A DNA stretch of 63,247 nucleotides, filler included, from Olpidium bornovanus S191 (GCA_017911155.1; 29 parts of 29 records of this genome joined end to end with filler, not necessarily neighbours in it); one strand, 5' to 3'; shown: positions 47,024 to 58,915, counted from the whole stretch's first letter. Made by a program: numbers and translations. Notes: generated by a model not told the origin, from the sequence alone.

Positions 47024-47634
47024 CATGCCGTGCGAGACCACCCAGGCGATCTGCTCGCTCATCTTTGGCGGCGTCCTCGAGCGGCACCCGCACCTGAAAG
47101 TTGCTTTTGCGCACGGCGGCGGCTCCTTTATCGGGACCGTCGGAAGGATCGCCCACGGCTTCAAAGCCCGCCCGGACCTTTGCGCCATCCGGTGCAAGAA
47201 GAGCCCTCTGTAAGCCGCACGTGCGCTTAGAGTTTCGACCGCGGCGGCTCTGCGTTTGACTTCTCCGACGATCCTGTTTCTCAGAGAGTACCTCAGCAGA
47301 ATATATGTTGATTCTCTGGTGCACGACGAGGACACGCTGCGGCTTGTGATCGGCAAGGTGGGGGGGTGGAGGGGGCGTCACCTGTTTAAAGCGCAGGCCG
47401 ATTGCCGATTCGCGTGATTTGGGCTGACCGTCTCCTCGACGACGGCGTTCGCAGGTCGGGCTGAAGCGCGTAATGCTCGGTTCGGACTACCCCTTCCCGC
47501 TCGGCGAGGTTCCCCGCGCGGGCCAGCTTGTTGAGGAATGCGACTGGTTGTCGGACAACGAGAAGCAGGCGATCCTCGGCACAAACGTCTGCGAATTCCT
47601 CGGCGTTGATCCTGCGTACTACCTGGCGGACTGA
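47024..47634 (+). CDS. ACMSD: 2-amino-3-carboxymuconate-6-semialdehyde decarboxylase (amidohydrolase), 3' part
   Basis: MPCETTQAICSLIFGGVLERHPHLKVAFAHGGGSF..GRIAHGF | YVDSLVHD | VMLGSDYPFPLGE; stop at 47634. Confidence 0.93.
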
Positions 47635-48182
47635 CGAGGCCCTTCTTCGGCGCGTCCTGATGGACAAAACCCCCGGTCTTATCTTTTTCGCGGTTGCGTG
47701 GATACATTTGGCCCGGTTCGTGACGCCGCCTCCGGTTCGCACCGGAACTGCATTGCATAATACACTCCGAATATATCATATGCTTCGGCCTTTATCGCGT
47801 TGGCATAAAACCGCGCGGTGTCTGCCGTGTGGGGCGTGCGGCAACGCCGAAGGCATTGAATCACGCCCCTTGGCGGCCCCTCTAACGTTCGCCCCACGGT
47901 TTTCCTCGCGAGGCCACCGCCCCGCCCCGCCCCCCCGCCTTTTCACGCCCGCACGCCGCCCGTCCACGGCGGCGACGACCGCGACCACGCCCAGTACCGT
48001 TGCCTGTCGCACGCCGGGAAGGAACAAAGTTTTGGTTCCCGCACTTCCCACCCACCGTCCCCCTTCCCCCTCTCCTTCCCCCGGAGAGGCTGGGCCAGCG
48101 GGCAGCCGCGCCAAATCGAGCCTTCTCGAGCAGCCAAAGAGGACAACAACAAAAAAAAAAAAAAAAAAAATAAAAGAGCTTG

Positions 48183-51046
48183 ATGGGCGTGATCATTGTG
48201 CAGATCGGCCAGTGCGGCAACCAAATCGGCCTCAAGCTCTTCGAGAACCTGGCCCGCTACGCGTCGGAGCCGACAGCGGCGGGGCGGCAGACCCGCGAGC
48301 GGTTTTTTCGGGAGCCCGTTTTCAGCGACGAGAAGGCGGCCGAGCGGGAGCTGAGGGAGGAGAGCGCGTCGCCCAAATGCGCCTGCGCGGCGTCCACGCC
48401 AGCCGTCTCGCGCGAGCCGAGCGCGGCCGGCGACGGGCAGGATGACCGGTTCGCGGCCGGCGCAGGCTCCGCAAAGGCGGGAACGCGGTCCGCCGTCGAC
48501 CATCCGGGGCGTGCCGCCGCTCCGAGTCGAGGCCGCGCGGCCGCCGCGCCTCTCCGGGAGGTCAGGACTTCGAGGGTGAACCGCGCGCCAGGAGAAACGT
48601 CGCCGGCGGCCGCGAACCCGGCAGGCGGCGTACGCCGCTTCACCAGCCGGCCGCGGCCGCCGGACAAACCCGGGCGCGCCGGCGGCCGGCCCAGGTCAGA
48701 CGCTCCCTCGGGCGCGCCGGCCGCTGCGCGCCGGCCGGCCGCGCCGGCGGGCTGCGGTTGCGGCCGTGAACTTTCGGCGGGGGCGCCGGGACCCGAGAGC
48801 GCCACGCGATTGCTCGTCGCGCGCGCCCTTCTGGTGGACGCTGAGCGCAAGGTCGTGGCGCGCGTCGCGACCAGGTCGCGCTGCTGGCGAATGTGCCGGG
48901 AGGCGAAATCAGGGAAGAGGACCCACTGGCGGTGGATGTATTCCCCGAGGCTAGTGCATTGCCGCCGGGTCGGCGCTGCTAACAACTGGGCGTACGGGTA
49001 AGCGCGTCCGGCCGTTCTCGTAGCTCCGCGCATTGATGCCGCGCTAACCAACCCGCGTGTAAAACGATCCGTCCGCCCGGCGCGGACCCTGCGTTCCGCA
49101 AAACGGCGCCCAATTGCCGGAAAGGTATTACGTCCACGGGCCGCCGTCTCACGCCGCGGTTCGGGACCAGATACGCCGGGAGGTCAAGCTGTGCACCAAG
49201 TTTGAAGGATTCATAGTCCTGCAGAGTCTTGCTGGAGGAACCGGTTCAGGGTTGGGTAGGTAGAATAAACCTTGTGAACAAAAAAGAAGGGAGCGAGAAA
49301 GCCCGGAGCAACACCGCGCAAGGCACGTGGGTTTTCCTGACGTAAGGGGCCTCATGCCCGTGGGACGAAGGTTCGTACTTCACGGAACAGCTCAGGCGTG
49401 ATTTCCCGCGAGCGGCCATCCTCAACCAAGTGGTTTGGCCGTACCAGTCTGGGGAGGTGATCGTGCAAAGCTACAATTCGCTCCTAGCAGTCGCGCGGTT
49501 GGTTCAAGTAGGCACCTGTCCCTCTTCCGCCCACTAGCTACCTCGTTGGATGTACGCAAGTCAGCTGGGTGTTTTTCCTTACCCCGCGTCGGACCGCTTT
49601 CCTCCCCCCTTCCTGCTCATTCACACCCTAGGTCTCCACCGGAATTCTCGGTCTGCGTAATGATCACCTTCATCGGATTTGTACTGACAGACTCGGATGT
49701 AAGAACGTCGGCTTCGCCGATATGAACGCCTTGGTGGCAAACGTCCTCGTTGGGTTTCTCCTCAAAGCGTGTCCAGCGGTCGAAAACGGCCGGTTTGTGG
49801 GAAGATGGAATCCCGCCGACCAGGCAAAGTTCCCGCTGGCCAAAAGACAGGAAGAAGTCGAAGGGGATTCTCGGGGGATGGAGTTGTCTGCGCTCTTGCA
49901 CCACCTCGTGCCCCGATCGCGGATGAAATTACTGAGTGTCAAGTATGTACCTCAGGTATAACCGAGGATATGATTTGCATGTCGTCCGCACATTAACCTG
50001 CCTCTCGGTTGGGTTTCTGATTTTTCTCCTTTTACTTCGGTCCGTTCATCGTTTCGTTTTGCCGAAACCAAGCTAGCTGCTTCGCTAATTCCCTACAGTC
50101 ACCACAGCTGGCTTTCGCTGCTGAAGCCGCTTTTCCAGATGTCGATTACCGATGCGCCGACGGACGAGAGGCTGGACTGGTCGGTGGGAACAAGCGGGCA
50201 ACGCGGCGACGGCGGGCTGGTGCGGTCCGTCGCCTCGGTTTTGATCCTGCGCGGCGAAGCCGCGGGCGAAGTCGAGGCGAAGGCGGCCTGCTTCGGGACG
50301 TTCTTCGACCCTGCCCCGGAGACCGGCGTGAACCCGGAGCAGCAGCAGCAGCAGCAACCCGGAGAAGCAGCGAGGCAGGCGGCGGTATGCTCCGCCCGGC
50401 AAGGCTGCTTCGCGACGCAACCGGACAACCCGATCACCGTCCTGGTCGCGGAAAAAAACGCGCTGGCTCCCGAGATGGGCGAAAGGGCGGCGTTCGTTTT
50501 GAGGTGAGACCGGCCCGCGGATCTTTTTGGTCTTTCTTTTTTTTGTGTTTTTTTTTTTTTTGCCGGGGTGCCCCGTCTGTTTCGCCCGGCCGGCCGGCTG
50601 AAGCCCCCCGATCCGTCTACTCGTGCGCACTGGGCGGGCCGCCGGCGTAACAACAACAGCAACTCAACAGCGTTCCTGAGCGGTCTTGAAACAATTACCG
50701 AGCGCGCTTCCGCAATGTTTGAATGCGGCGCGTACGTTCACCAGTACTACAAGTACGGCCTTAAAGAGGAAGACTTCAAGGAGAGCTTCCGCTTGGTTAA
50801 GCGAGGTACGTTGTCTTTCGTGATATGCGAAGCCCGGTCTTACAGGTCTTTCGCCGAGACATCGTCGTACGTTGTATCAGACATGTCTTACGCGGTTGTT
50901 CACGCGGGACCTCCAACGACCGTCGTCTCCCCCTCCTCTCCGCCCACCCCCATTCCCCCTTCTCGTACGCCGGAATCCACTAATGAATTCGCCTGTCGCT
51001 AGTGATCTCCGAGTATCGCCGCCTTTATGAGGACCCTGACCGATAA
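48183..51046 (+). CDS. TUBD1: Delta-tubulin, apparently complete and multi-exon
   Basis: IVQIGQCGNQIG; ARALLVD; NNWAYGYYVHGP; SLAGGTGSGLG; VWPYQSGEVIVQSYNSLL; LLKPLFQM..ERLDW; LILRG; AYVHQYYKYGLKEEDF; last exon VISEYRRL to TAA at 51046. VHGP, WPY..GEVIVQ.YN and AY.HQY are delta-specific. Confidence 0.92.
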
Positions 51047-51746
51047 AATCGCCAGTTTTGGTGGGGGACGGGGTGGGAAAGGGGCATGGTCTCCGAAATT
51101 GCCTCTCCGCTGCTCGCGCCCTGCCAATAAAACACCGTGACCCGCAAAACGCAGGCTCGAAATTGGGCGATTCCCGCCCCCAGCCACGTCGCGAGCCTAA
51201 TTGGGTCCGTCTCGACATTTCGGCGGCAAGTGGGCTGGACAGCGCAAAGCCGAGGCGTGCAGGCGTCATTCAGGAACGAGGGAAGGTAGTGTTTAATACG
51301 TCAAAATGGTGGTGTTGGCGGAAGTGACGCAGCAGTGTTAGCCTATGGGATTATCCAAAGATCGGGCGAACCAAAGGGTCCGGTTTTGGCCTTTCGATCC
51401 GGAATCGTCCACCTCATTCCCGGGGGTTGGGGAATGAAACGGCCCGATTTCCCGATGCCTCCTTTCCTGACTGGAGCGGTGGGGAACAAACATGNNNNNN
51501 NNNNNNNNNNNNNNNNNNNNNNNNNNNNNNNNNNNNNNTTAATTAATTAANNNNNNNNNNNNNNNNNNNNNNNNNNNNNNNNNNNNNNNNNNNNCCTCGT
51601 GGTCCTGTCCATATCTCCCCAGGGGCGGCGTGCCTGAGGGCGTAGTTGTTGGTGAGGCCCGGCGCCCCGGGAGCGGTTGTCCGTCCATGGTGGCTTTGGC
51701 CTGACGGAGTGCGGGCAGTAGTGGTTTTCCGCGTTAGCACTGACGG

Positions 51747-51841
51747 TTCTCTCCTATTGCGCAGTTGCCGACGGGCGGCTCTCTTTTGCGCAGTTGCCGA
51801 CGGGCGGCTCTCTTTTGCGCAGTTTGACGACGGGCGGCTCT
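51747..51841 (+). repeat. 29-bp tandem repeat x3
   Basis: CTCTCTTTTGCGCAGTTGCCGACGGGCGG; TTGCGCAG recurs at 51757, 51786 and 51815. Confidence 0.9.
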
Positions 51842-52135
51842 TCTTTTTTTTTTTTTTCTTTTTTGCGCGCGCTTCTTCTGCGTTCACGTCTCGGCTTCTG
51901 AGCTTTGGGAGATTATCGCGGGCAGGGAAATCCGCTTGGGCTCATAACCTGTTGGATTTTGGAAGCGGCAGACCGAACCAGAAGCCGAAGAGGCGGAAGA
52001 GAATTGTATTTTCGTGTGTACGGGGCGTGGCATCGCTATCTACTCCAAGCTCATTTTTATATGGCGGGGAGCTAGGAATTCTACAAAGGGGCAACAGGGG
52101 TAAAACGAAGGAGTGGGCGCAGTGTACGATACCCC

Positions 52136-52184
52136 TTGTTTCAGGCTGTGTTTCAGCCCCTGTTTCAGGCTTCGTTTCAACAGG
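52136..52184 (+). repeat. 12-bp-period repeat (GTTTCAG core) x4
   Basis: Seen directly; the minus strand reads VETKPETGAETQPET. Confidence 0.7.
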
Positions 52185-52472
52185 AAAGGGGGGCGGGGCT
52201 ATCAAGCGCTTGGGGGTGGGGGGGGGGGCCGAAAACCCTGAAAAGAGGTCCGTCCTTTCAACGGGGCGACGTCAGCGCCTGCGCGCGCACCGTGGTGACT
52301 CATAAGCCCCGACAAAGAAAGCAAAACCGCGACCGCACGACCCAAGAGCTGCCGCTCACCTGGCAGTAGTTGCGCGTAATCCGCACTTTTTATTAATTTC
52401 GTTCTTTGGCGAAAACCGCGACGAACTCCCTTCCCCTCCCCCCCCCCCCCCCCAAAAAAACACATTCAAAAA

Positions 52473-52508
<36 letters not shown>

Positions 52509-52632
52509 ACCCTCCCGCCCTTTGAAGGCCTGCAGCTTTTAGGGCGTCCGGGTCTTTGCATTTATGTACCCCAGACGAGTCCTTTTCGGCGCCCGGCGAC
52601 CCGGGGCCACGACCCCCATTGCGAGAACGAAA

Positions 52633-52664
<32 letters not shown>

Positions 52665-52810
52665 GGAATTGGGGGAAGATACTCAGGGATGCAAAATTCT
52701 GTCTGCACTCCTTGACTTTCCCAAATACTAACTGGAGGTCGGGCATTTTACTCGTTGTCGCGAACGACTTACAAGAACGCCAAATACGCGGACAAGAGGT
52801 TATCCCCAAT

Positions 52811-55323
52811 TCACGTCGTCCCGCGGCCCGGGCGATTCGGCAGCCCCGGCGGCGGTTTGGCGCGCCGGATGTCGCTGCCGGTTGTCCCCGTGGGATCAGC
52901 AAAAACGACGCCCCCGGCTTCGTCACCCATTGGCGGTTCCCGTTTCGGCCGCACCCGCAGCGCGGGTGAGCCCGCTTTCGACTTCCCGTAATTATGCTGG
53001 AGCGCCGCGGATGCCGCGGGAGCCGCCGAGGGCACCGCCGCCGAAGCGGAGTCAGGAGAGGCAGAGGCGAGCCGGCTGGGATCGCCGTCCACGGCGTGAT
53101 AGCTTCCGATCGCCAACGGTGAAGACGTTATGGACGACCCGGAAACGGGCGAGGTTGAAAAGGCGGATGCGGGCGACCGCACACCACTTGAAGGAAATAG
53201 CAAATCCATCGGCGTCAGCGGTGGAGGGGAACACACGCGCACGTCATACACAGGCGGCGGCGTGACTTCGCACTCAATCCCCGTGCGATTCCTGGTGGGC
53301 TGATCGGTTAGACGTTGAAGACAGGGCGAGCGGGGGAGTTGCGCGGCGTCAGCGGCTCCAGGACTACTTGACGAACCCTCCGGACGGTTCTTGACCTCTT
53401 CGCCGGCGTGCAGCGCCGGTACCCCGTCGGGCAGTTCTCCTGGGCCACTGCGGTCGTCAGTCCGATGCTTCCTGAAAGGCGGGAGGTCAGCACACAGACT
53501 GCTGGCTCTCGGCGTCGCGGTAGTGCCGCGGTCGGCGACCGACGACGCATCTCTCTGTTTCGAGACGCTCTGCGCCTTCCTCGGCGGCAGCGGCGGCGGT
53601 TTCCCGCGGTAACTGGAAGTTCTTGCCGGCGAGTGAAGCTTCCGCGGACTTTCCGGGGACTTCTCGGCGGCCGCCGGGCTGGGCACAACGGCAAGGTCGT
53701 ACGTCGATTGGGAGCGCTCTGGAGTCCCCGGCGACGCCGGCCGGGAGGCTGATTGCGACTCCTGGCGGGACGCCGTCCGCGGGCGCTCGCGGGACTTCTG
53801 CAGCACCGCAGCCGGCGGCGCGGGCTCCGCTTCGTCAAGCGTCAACGGCGGTGCGGCGCCGCTAGCCTCACGCGGCCTGCACGGGGAATCCGCGCGGGAT
53901 GCCGACTGGGGCGTGCGCGGCGGGCGCGGCGTTGGTTCCGCCGGCGCACCCCGCGGAGGAAGCAGCGGCGGCGCCGGTGGCTCTACTTTCCACATCAACC
54001 ACGGGTGCTCCATCGCCTTGGCCGCAGTCGGACGGTTCGCGGGGTTGATGTCTAGAAGCGAAAGGATGAAATGCGTGCCTGCAACGTCCCGGAAGCGTAC
54101 ACGGGTTAAGTCAGTAGTTTCGCCAGAGCGAATTTGCGGCATTTTTCTTTTTTTTTCGACGGAAAAAAAAATAATTCCCGGAGCGCGCCTGGAAACTGAC
54201 TTTGCGGGGAAATCGATTCCCTCCCCAGGAGCGCCCTCAGATCTGTGCGCTTGATGGCCCTTGCCATCTTCTTTTCTGACATTTTGGACGGCTCGAACGG
54301 CATCTTGCCCGTAAGCAGCTGGTAGGCGACGACGCCAATTGACCAGATGTCGCAGGGGGTGCCGTAGAACTGGTTCCCAAGGACTTCTGGAGCCTCTGCT
54401 GAATCAAAAGCCCGTCAGAAGCCGGGTTATCGAGCGACCGTTCATTTTCGCCGGTCGCCCCTTTCCCGGTTGCCGTCTATCCCGTTAGACTCGTACCGTA
54501 CATGAGCGTGCCAGCGCTCTGTTTCAGTGAGTTGTAGCCAATTTCTTCGGCGCACACGCCAAAGTCGCCGATTTTAAGCGAGTTCAGATCGTCCTTGCGC
54601 ATCAGGAAGAAGTTGCTTGGTTTAAGATCTCTGAACCCAAACCGAGACCGGAACGTTAAGAGAAGCGAAGCCAACGGGAACCAGCGCCCGCTTTTTCCGC
54701 AAACGAAAGACCCCCGAGCAAACCTGTGGCAGAAGCGCTCGTCGTGGATGTACTCGACGGTTTCCAGCGCCGCCCACAAAACCGTCTGCGCCTCGGGTTC
54801 GCTGAGCTTGCCGTCTTTTCGTGAAAGCAGAACGTCGAGCACCGTGCAGTCAGCCCTATCGGCAAAGCATCGCAGACAGATGTTTTTTTTTTCCTTTTCT
54901 TTAAAAGAACTGCCGCGGTTTCGAAAAATCCCGGTTCGGAACGCAGTGCGCCGCGCCGCGCGGGGACCCCGTGACCCCGCGCCGCCCGCGTGCTTACTTT
55001 TCCATGACGATCACGTACTCGTCGCCGGCGAGGTAGAAGTCCCTGTAGTTCAACACCCTCTGCGGAAATCCTCTGCTGAGCCTTTTCAGGACGGTCGCCT
55101 CATGGATAACAGCTTGTTCGTCCCCTTCGACGGGGCCCCCTTGCCCGGACCCGCCCGGGCCCCCCGCGTGGTCCGATCTCGATCTGTGTCTCCCGATCGT
55201 GGCGTCCGACTCGATGATCTTCATTACCACCTCCTCGTCTGTCTGCCGGTCCACCCCGTGCCAGATGTTTTTGCGCACGTCGGCGGTCAGCCGCTGCGAG
55301 GGCCAGTACCTCGCGACAGACAT
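52811..55323 (-). CDS. CAMK-group Ser/Thr kinase with a long Ser/Pro-rich tail
   Basis: VVMKII; [11 protein letters not shown]; YVIVMEK; LSEPEAQ; HRDLKPSNF; LKIGDFG; AGT..APEVL; [21 protein letters not shown]; [12 protein letters not shown]. The start is either Met 55323 or further upstream (frame open to 55719). Confidence 0.9.
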
Positions 55324-56486
55324 GGCCTTCCCCGACCTCCCTCGCTCTTTGCTCTCGCTGCGCCCGGCCTTTTTTTTCGTCGAAAGAGGCCAGGCGCGCT
55401 CCCACAGCGGGACTCCCTCCTCTCTTCGCCAGACTCCTCCTCGGGATCCCACTCCTCCCGCGCTAGAGGCGGGTGCGCCCGGCCGTCCCCTCCGCGCCGC
55501 CTCTCGGCTCGAGCTCCTTGCCGCGCGGCGGTTCTGGGGCCAGTCCGCCTGCTCCTTCCCTGAGCCGGTCCTCTCTCCTCTGGCCTCGGGGCGTGTGGAG
55601 GGATGATTATATGGGCCTCGGCCGGGGCGGGAGTGAGCGGGCGGAGGCGGCGCCCAGGCGACGCCGGCCGACCGGAAACATGTACCACGAGACGGACACA
55701 CCCGCGCCGATCGGACCAACCAGGAGCGCCAAACTATGTCACCGCCTCCCCTTTTACCCGATCTCGCGTTGTCGCACCTCGGGAGACGGAAAATCCTCCG
55801 CCGGCCCTTGCAGCCGGTCCAAAACTGCTAAACCGTCACACTATGCAATGCAAAATGTTCATTCCAAAAGCTCCCTTGGCGTCTGGGAATCTAGACTTTT
55901 TACAGAAAAAGGGGGGGGTAAAGCACTGAACTCCGACAACCAGTCTCCGCGAACGCAACCGCGGTCGTCCTGACGGCACATGAAGGCTCGCTGTAGCTTA
56001 TATCCGTCGTTGAGAGAAAAGTTTGAACATTCCAAAACTGGAGGCCGCCGAATGGCACCGAATTCTTCGAAAGGAACGTACGGTCAATAGGGTCGTTGAN
56101 NNNNNNNNNNNNNNNNNNNNNNNNNNNNNNNNNNNNNNNNNNNTTAATTAATTAANNNNNNNNNNNNNNNNNNNNNNNNNNNNNNNNNNNNNNNNNNNNC
56201 AAAAGGTCGGCAGCGGCAAGCGCAGACGGTAAGCGGAGCAGACCGGATGTGAGCGTCTGACGCAGCTCGGCAATGGGTCTGCTTTGGAGCCGACAAATTC
56301 TCCAGTCGGCCTACCCCCGCTTCCCTCTCGCCCTCGCCAACACGTGATCCACGAAGGTGAACTTCCCTTCCGCGGCTTTTATTCGACGGCGTCCTTTGTC
56401 ATCCGTGCTCTGCCCCTGCTTCTACCGGGGGACTTTCAGCCTCATCACGCACGGAGGCCCCCCCTTTTTTCGTCTTTCGCCCTTAC

Positions 56487-57232
56487 CTATCGTGTGCGCT
56501 CTCCCACTCCAGGATCTCCTTCCAGCACCTCTCGTTAACGGCGTTGTGTATCGGCACCACGACCTTCATGTCCTCCTCCCGGGGGTCCCAGCTCTTCCTG
56601 CGCATGGCGTTGAAGAACATCTGCTCGGAGGGGTAGACCCACACCCGCGACGCATCGTTTTTCTTCTTTCCGGACGGCGACGACGCGTCGTCGAGCGGCC
56701 CCGTCGCCGACGCCGTCGTCGCCGAACTGCAGCCGGAGCCCGACGACGACGACGACGACGGCGCCGGCGCCGGCGGGGCGTGCGTCTCGACGGCCATCGG
56801 TATCGTCGACAGCTCGCGCCGCGTGCTTAGCCTGCGGCGCTGCACCGGCGCGCGGTGCTGCTCGGCCGCCGCGGGCATCCCGTTGCGCGGGTCCGTTTCT
56901 GCGGGCCACGGCTGGCGCTCGGCGCCCGGCGGCTGTTCTGCGCCGACGGGGCACCCTTCGCCGTCACCCGGAGCGCGTCTTGGCGCCGCCGCCGCCGCCG
57001 CTTCCCGACCGGACTTGCTGTGCTCCGTCACGGGGCAGGCGGCGCCCCGCGCCAAAGCACCGCCGTCCTCGCCGTCCCCTTCCCGCACTGCCCCGTGCTG
57101 CTGCTGCTGCTGCTGCTGCTTTGGAGGCGGCACAAAATGCTTGTACGCCGACGGGTGTACCGGGCATTTCGGCTGCTGCTGCTCCTCCTCCCCTCGATCC
57201 TGGCTGTGGTGCTGCGGCAGCTCGACAGCCAT
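56487..57232 (-). CDS. HCCS: Holocytochrome c synthase (cytochrome c/c1 heme lyase), 5' part
   Basis: Three CPV heme-regulatory motifs; [11 protein letters not shown]; [16 protein letters not shown]; [20 protein letters not shown]; donor GTAAGG at 56486. Confidence 0.95.
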
Positions 57233-57969
57233 GTTTGGGCGGGCTAGTGTTTGGGTCGGGCCCGGGTTGGTTGTTGGTTTCCAAGCGGAGGGAAACCCGG
57301 CTTCTACCCGCGCCCTGGTCACCCCGGCCCTACCCAGCGGTCACGACGCCGGCGGTCGGGTTTCCGCTCGCCGCCCACTGCGTTGGACGGCGTGCCGGGG
57401 CTGCCACGGGCAGAGGGGGGGAAATGGTGGACTTAACGAACCCGCAGACGAACAGGACGGCTTAAGCAGATCGCGCGAAAGTTCTTGATCAACTTCGTTT
57501 TGACGATAAACCGTGTCTTGTGCACTCTGCCACACTCATTTGCCTCTCGTGATAAGGAATCGCCGAACTCTACCGTACAGCACGTCTATGCGCGCGGATG
57601 TCGCGCAACGGAGATATTACATCTCCACGGGCACCCCGGTTCTATTGCGCATCTACAACTGTCCGACGGAATTTCCACGTGGCAAAATGAAGCTTCAGCG
57701 TGAATTTAATAATCACCACAAAGTTTCACCGGAGCTGTGCCGAGTTTCGACTATTTCTGGTCTCGCTGTCAAAATACTAAAGAAAAAGCATCCATAACAG
57801 GAACAGACTATAAAGCTAGTAAAATATTCATATACATTCATTCACTCCAGCTGCCAGCACGTTACACGTTTACCGGCTGAGCCAAACGCCACGATGCAGG
57901 TTTTACGTCAAAACGCATGTCGGCCCTGTTCGGCCCGGCAGTTTGCGCGCTCTTGGGGCGATATAATCT

Positions 57970-58728
57970 TCACGCCGTAGACAGCATCGGGACCGTGTCG
58001 GTCAGACTTATCGCCGTCTCGACTTTTTTAAGTTTATCGACCGACGCGGGGCGACCCTTCAGGACGGGCGGGTGTGGTACCAGGATGGCCGACACATCAC
58101 CCCACCAGGTGCGCGCGTACCGGGTGTACCAATCAACTGGCAGATTTAAGGTGCAGAAAGGGATTCGCGTGTCAAGGTACAAACTACACCGGATACTTCC
58201 TGTGCATCTCCCGACCCTCTTCTTACAAACAAGAATTTCCGAAAGAGACACAAAAAGAAGAGAAAGTGACGGACACTTACTCGTGTTTCTGATACCCTTC
58301 TCGAACGTGATCCGCGGCGTCCAGCCGAGTTGGGCAACGCGGGAAGAATCAACAGCATAGCGTCTGTCGTTAAACGGTCTATCGCTCACGAAGTCCAGGT
58401 AGGCGTCCGGGTCGGACGAGGCCCCAGGCACTAATTCCTGGATAAGGTACCGCGCCAGGTCGAGGTTCGAAATCTCGAACTGTGTGCCAATGTTGTATGT
58501 TTCACCTTTTTTTGAGATTGATACGCGAGCGTCAACGTTCAACAGAAGTGTTTTGAGCAACGCCAAACAGGGGCGAAAAAGCGGTATGCTTTCTCCGCAA
58601 AAAAAGCCTCACCAATGGCTCCCCGGTGAAGAATAATGTCGATCGCGTCGGCGACGTCGGATCCGTAAATGTACCGGCGGGTGTTGCTGCCATCACCGTG
58701 AATGCAACTGCGGAAAAATTTCATTAGC
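57970..58728 (-). CDS. TGDS: dTDP/UDP-glucose 4,6-dehydratase (TGDS/RHM-like), 3' part
   Basis: IHGDGSNTRRYIYGSDVADA..LHRG | ETYNIG..DRPFNDRRYAVD..LGW..FEKG | DWY..WWGDVSAIL.PHP. Confidence 0.9.
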
Positions 58729-58915
58729 ATTCGGCAAATATTTCCATCGGGCTTGTTACCCAGGTATCCCGCAAACTCGGCAAAATTTCGCGCGACAAAA
58801 ACAAAAAAACGCATGNNNNNNNNNNNNNNNNNNNNNNNNNNNNNNNNNNNNNNNNNNNNTTAATTAATTAANNNNNNNNNNNNNNNNNNNNNNNNNNNNN
58901 NNNNNNNNNNNNNNN

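Noticed and set aside
9464-47634. Kynureninase and ACMSD as a tryptophan-catabolism cluster
   Set aside because: They are on different contigs separated by many artificial linkers.
41911-51046. BROMI and delta-tubulin as a ciliary gene cluster
   Set aside because: Different contigs; their closeness in the window is arbitrary.
51747-51841. 29-bp repeats as a CRISPR array
   Set aside because: Head-to-tail with no spacers, no cas genes, and a eukaryotic context. The 66-68-bp and 138-bp repeats were rejected for the same reasons.
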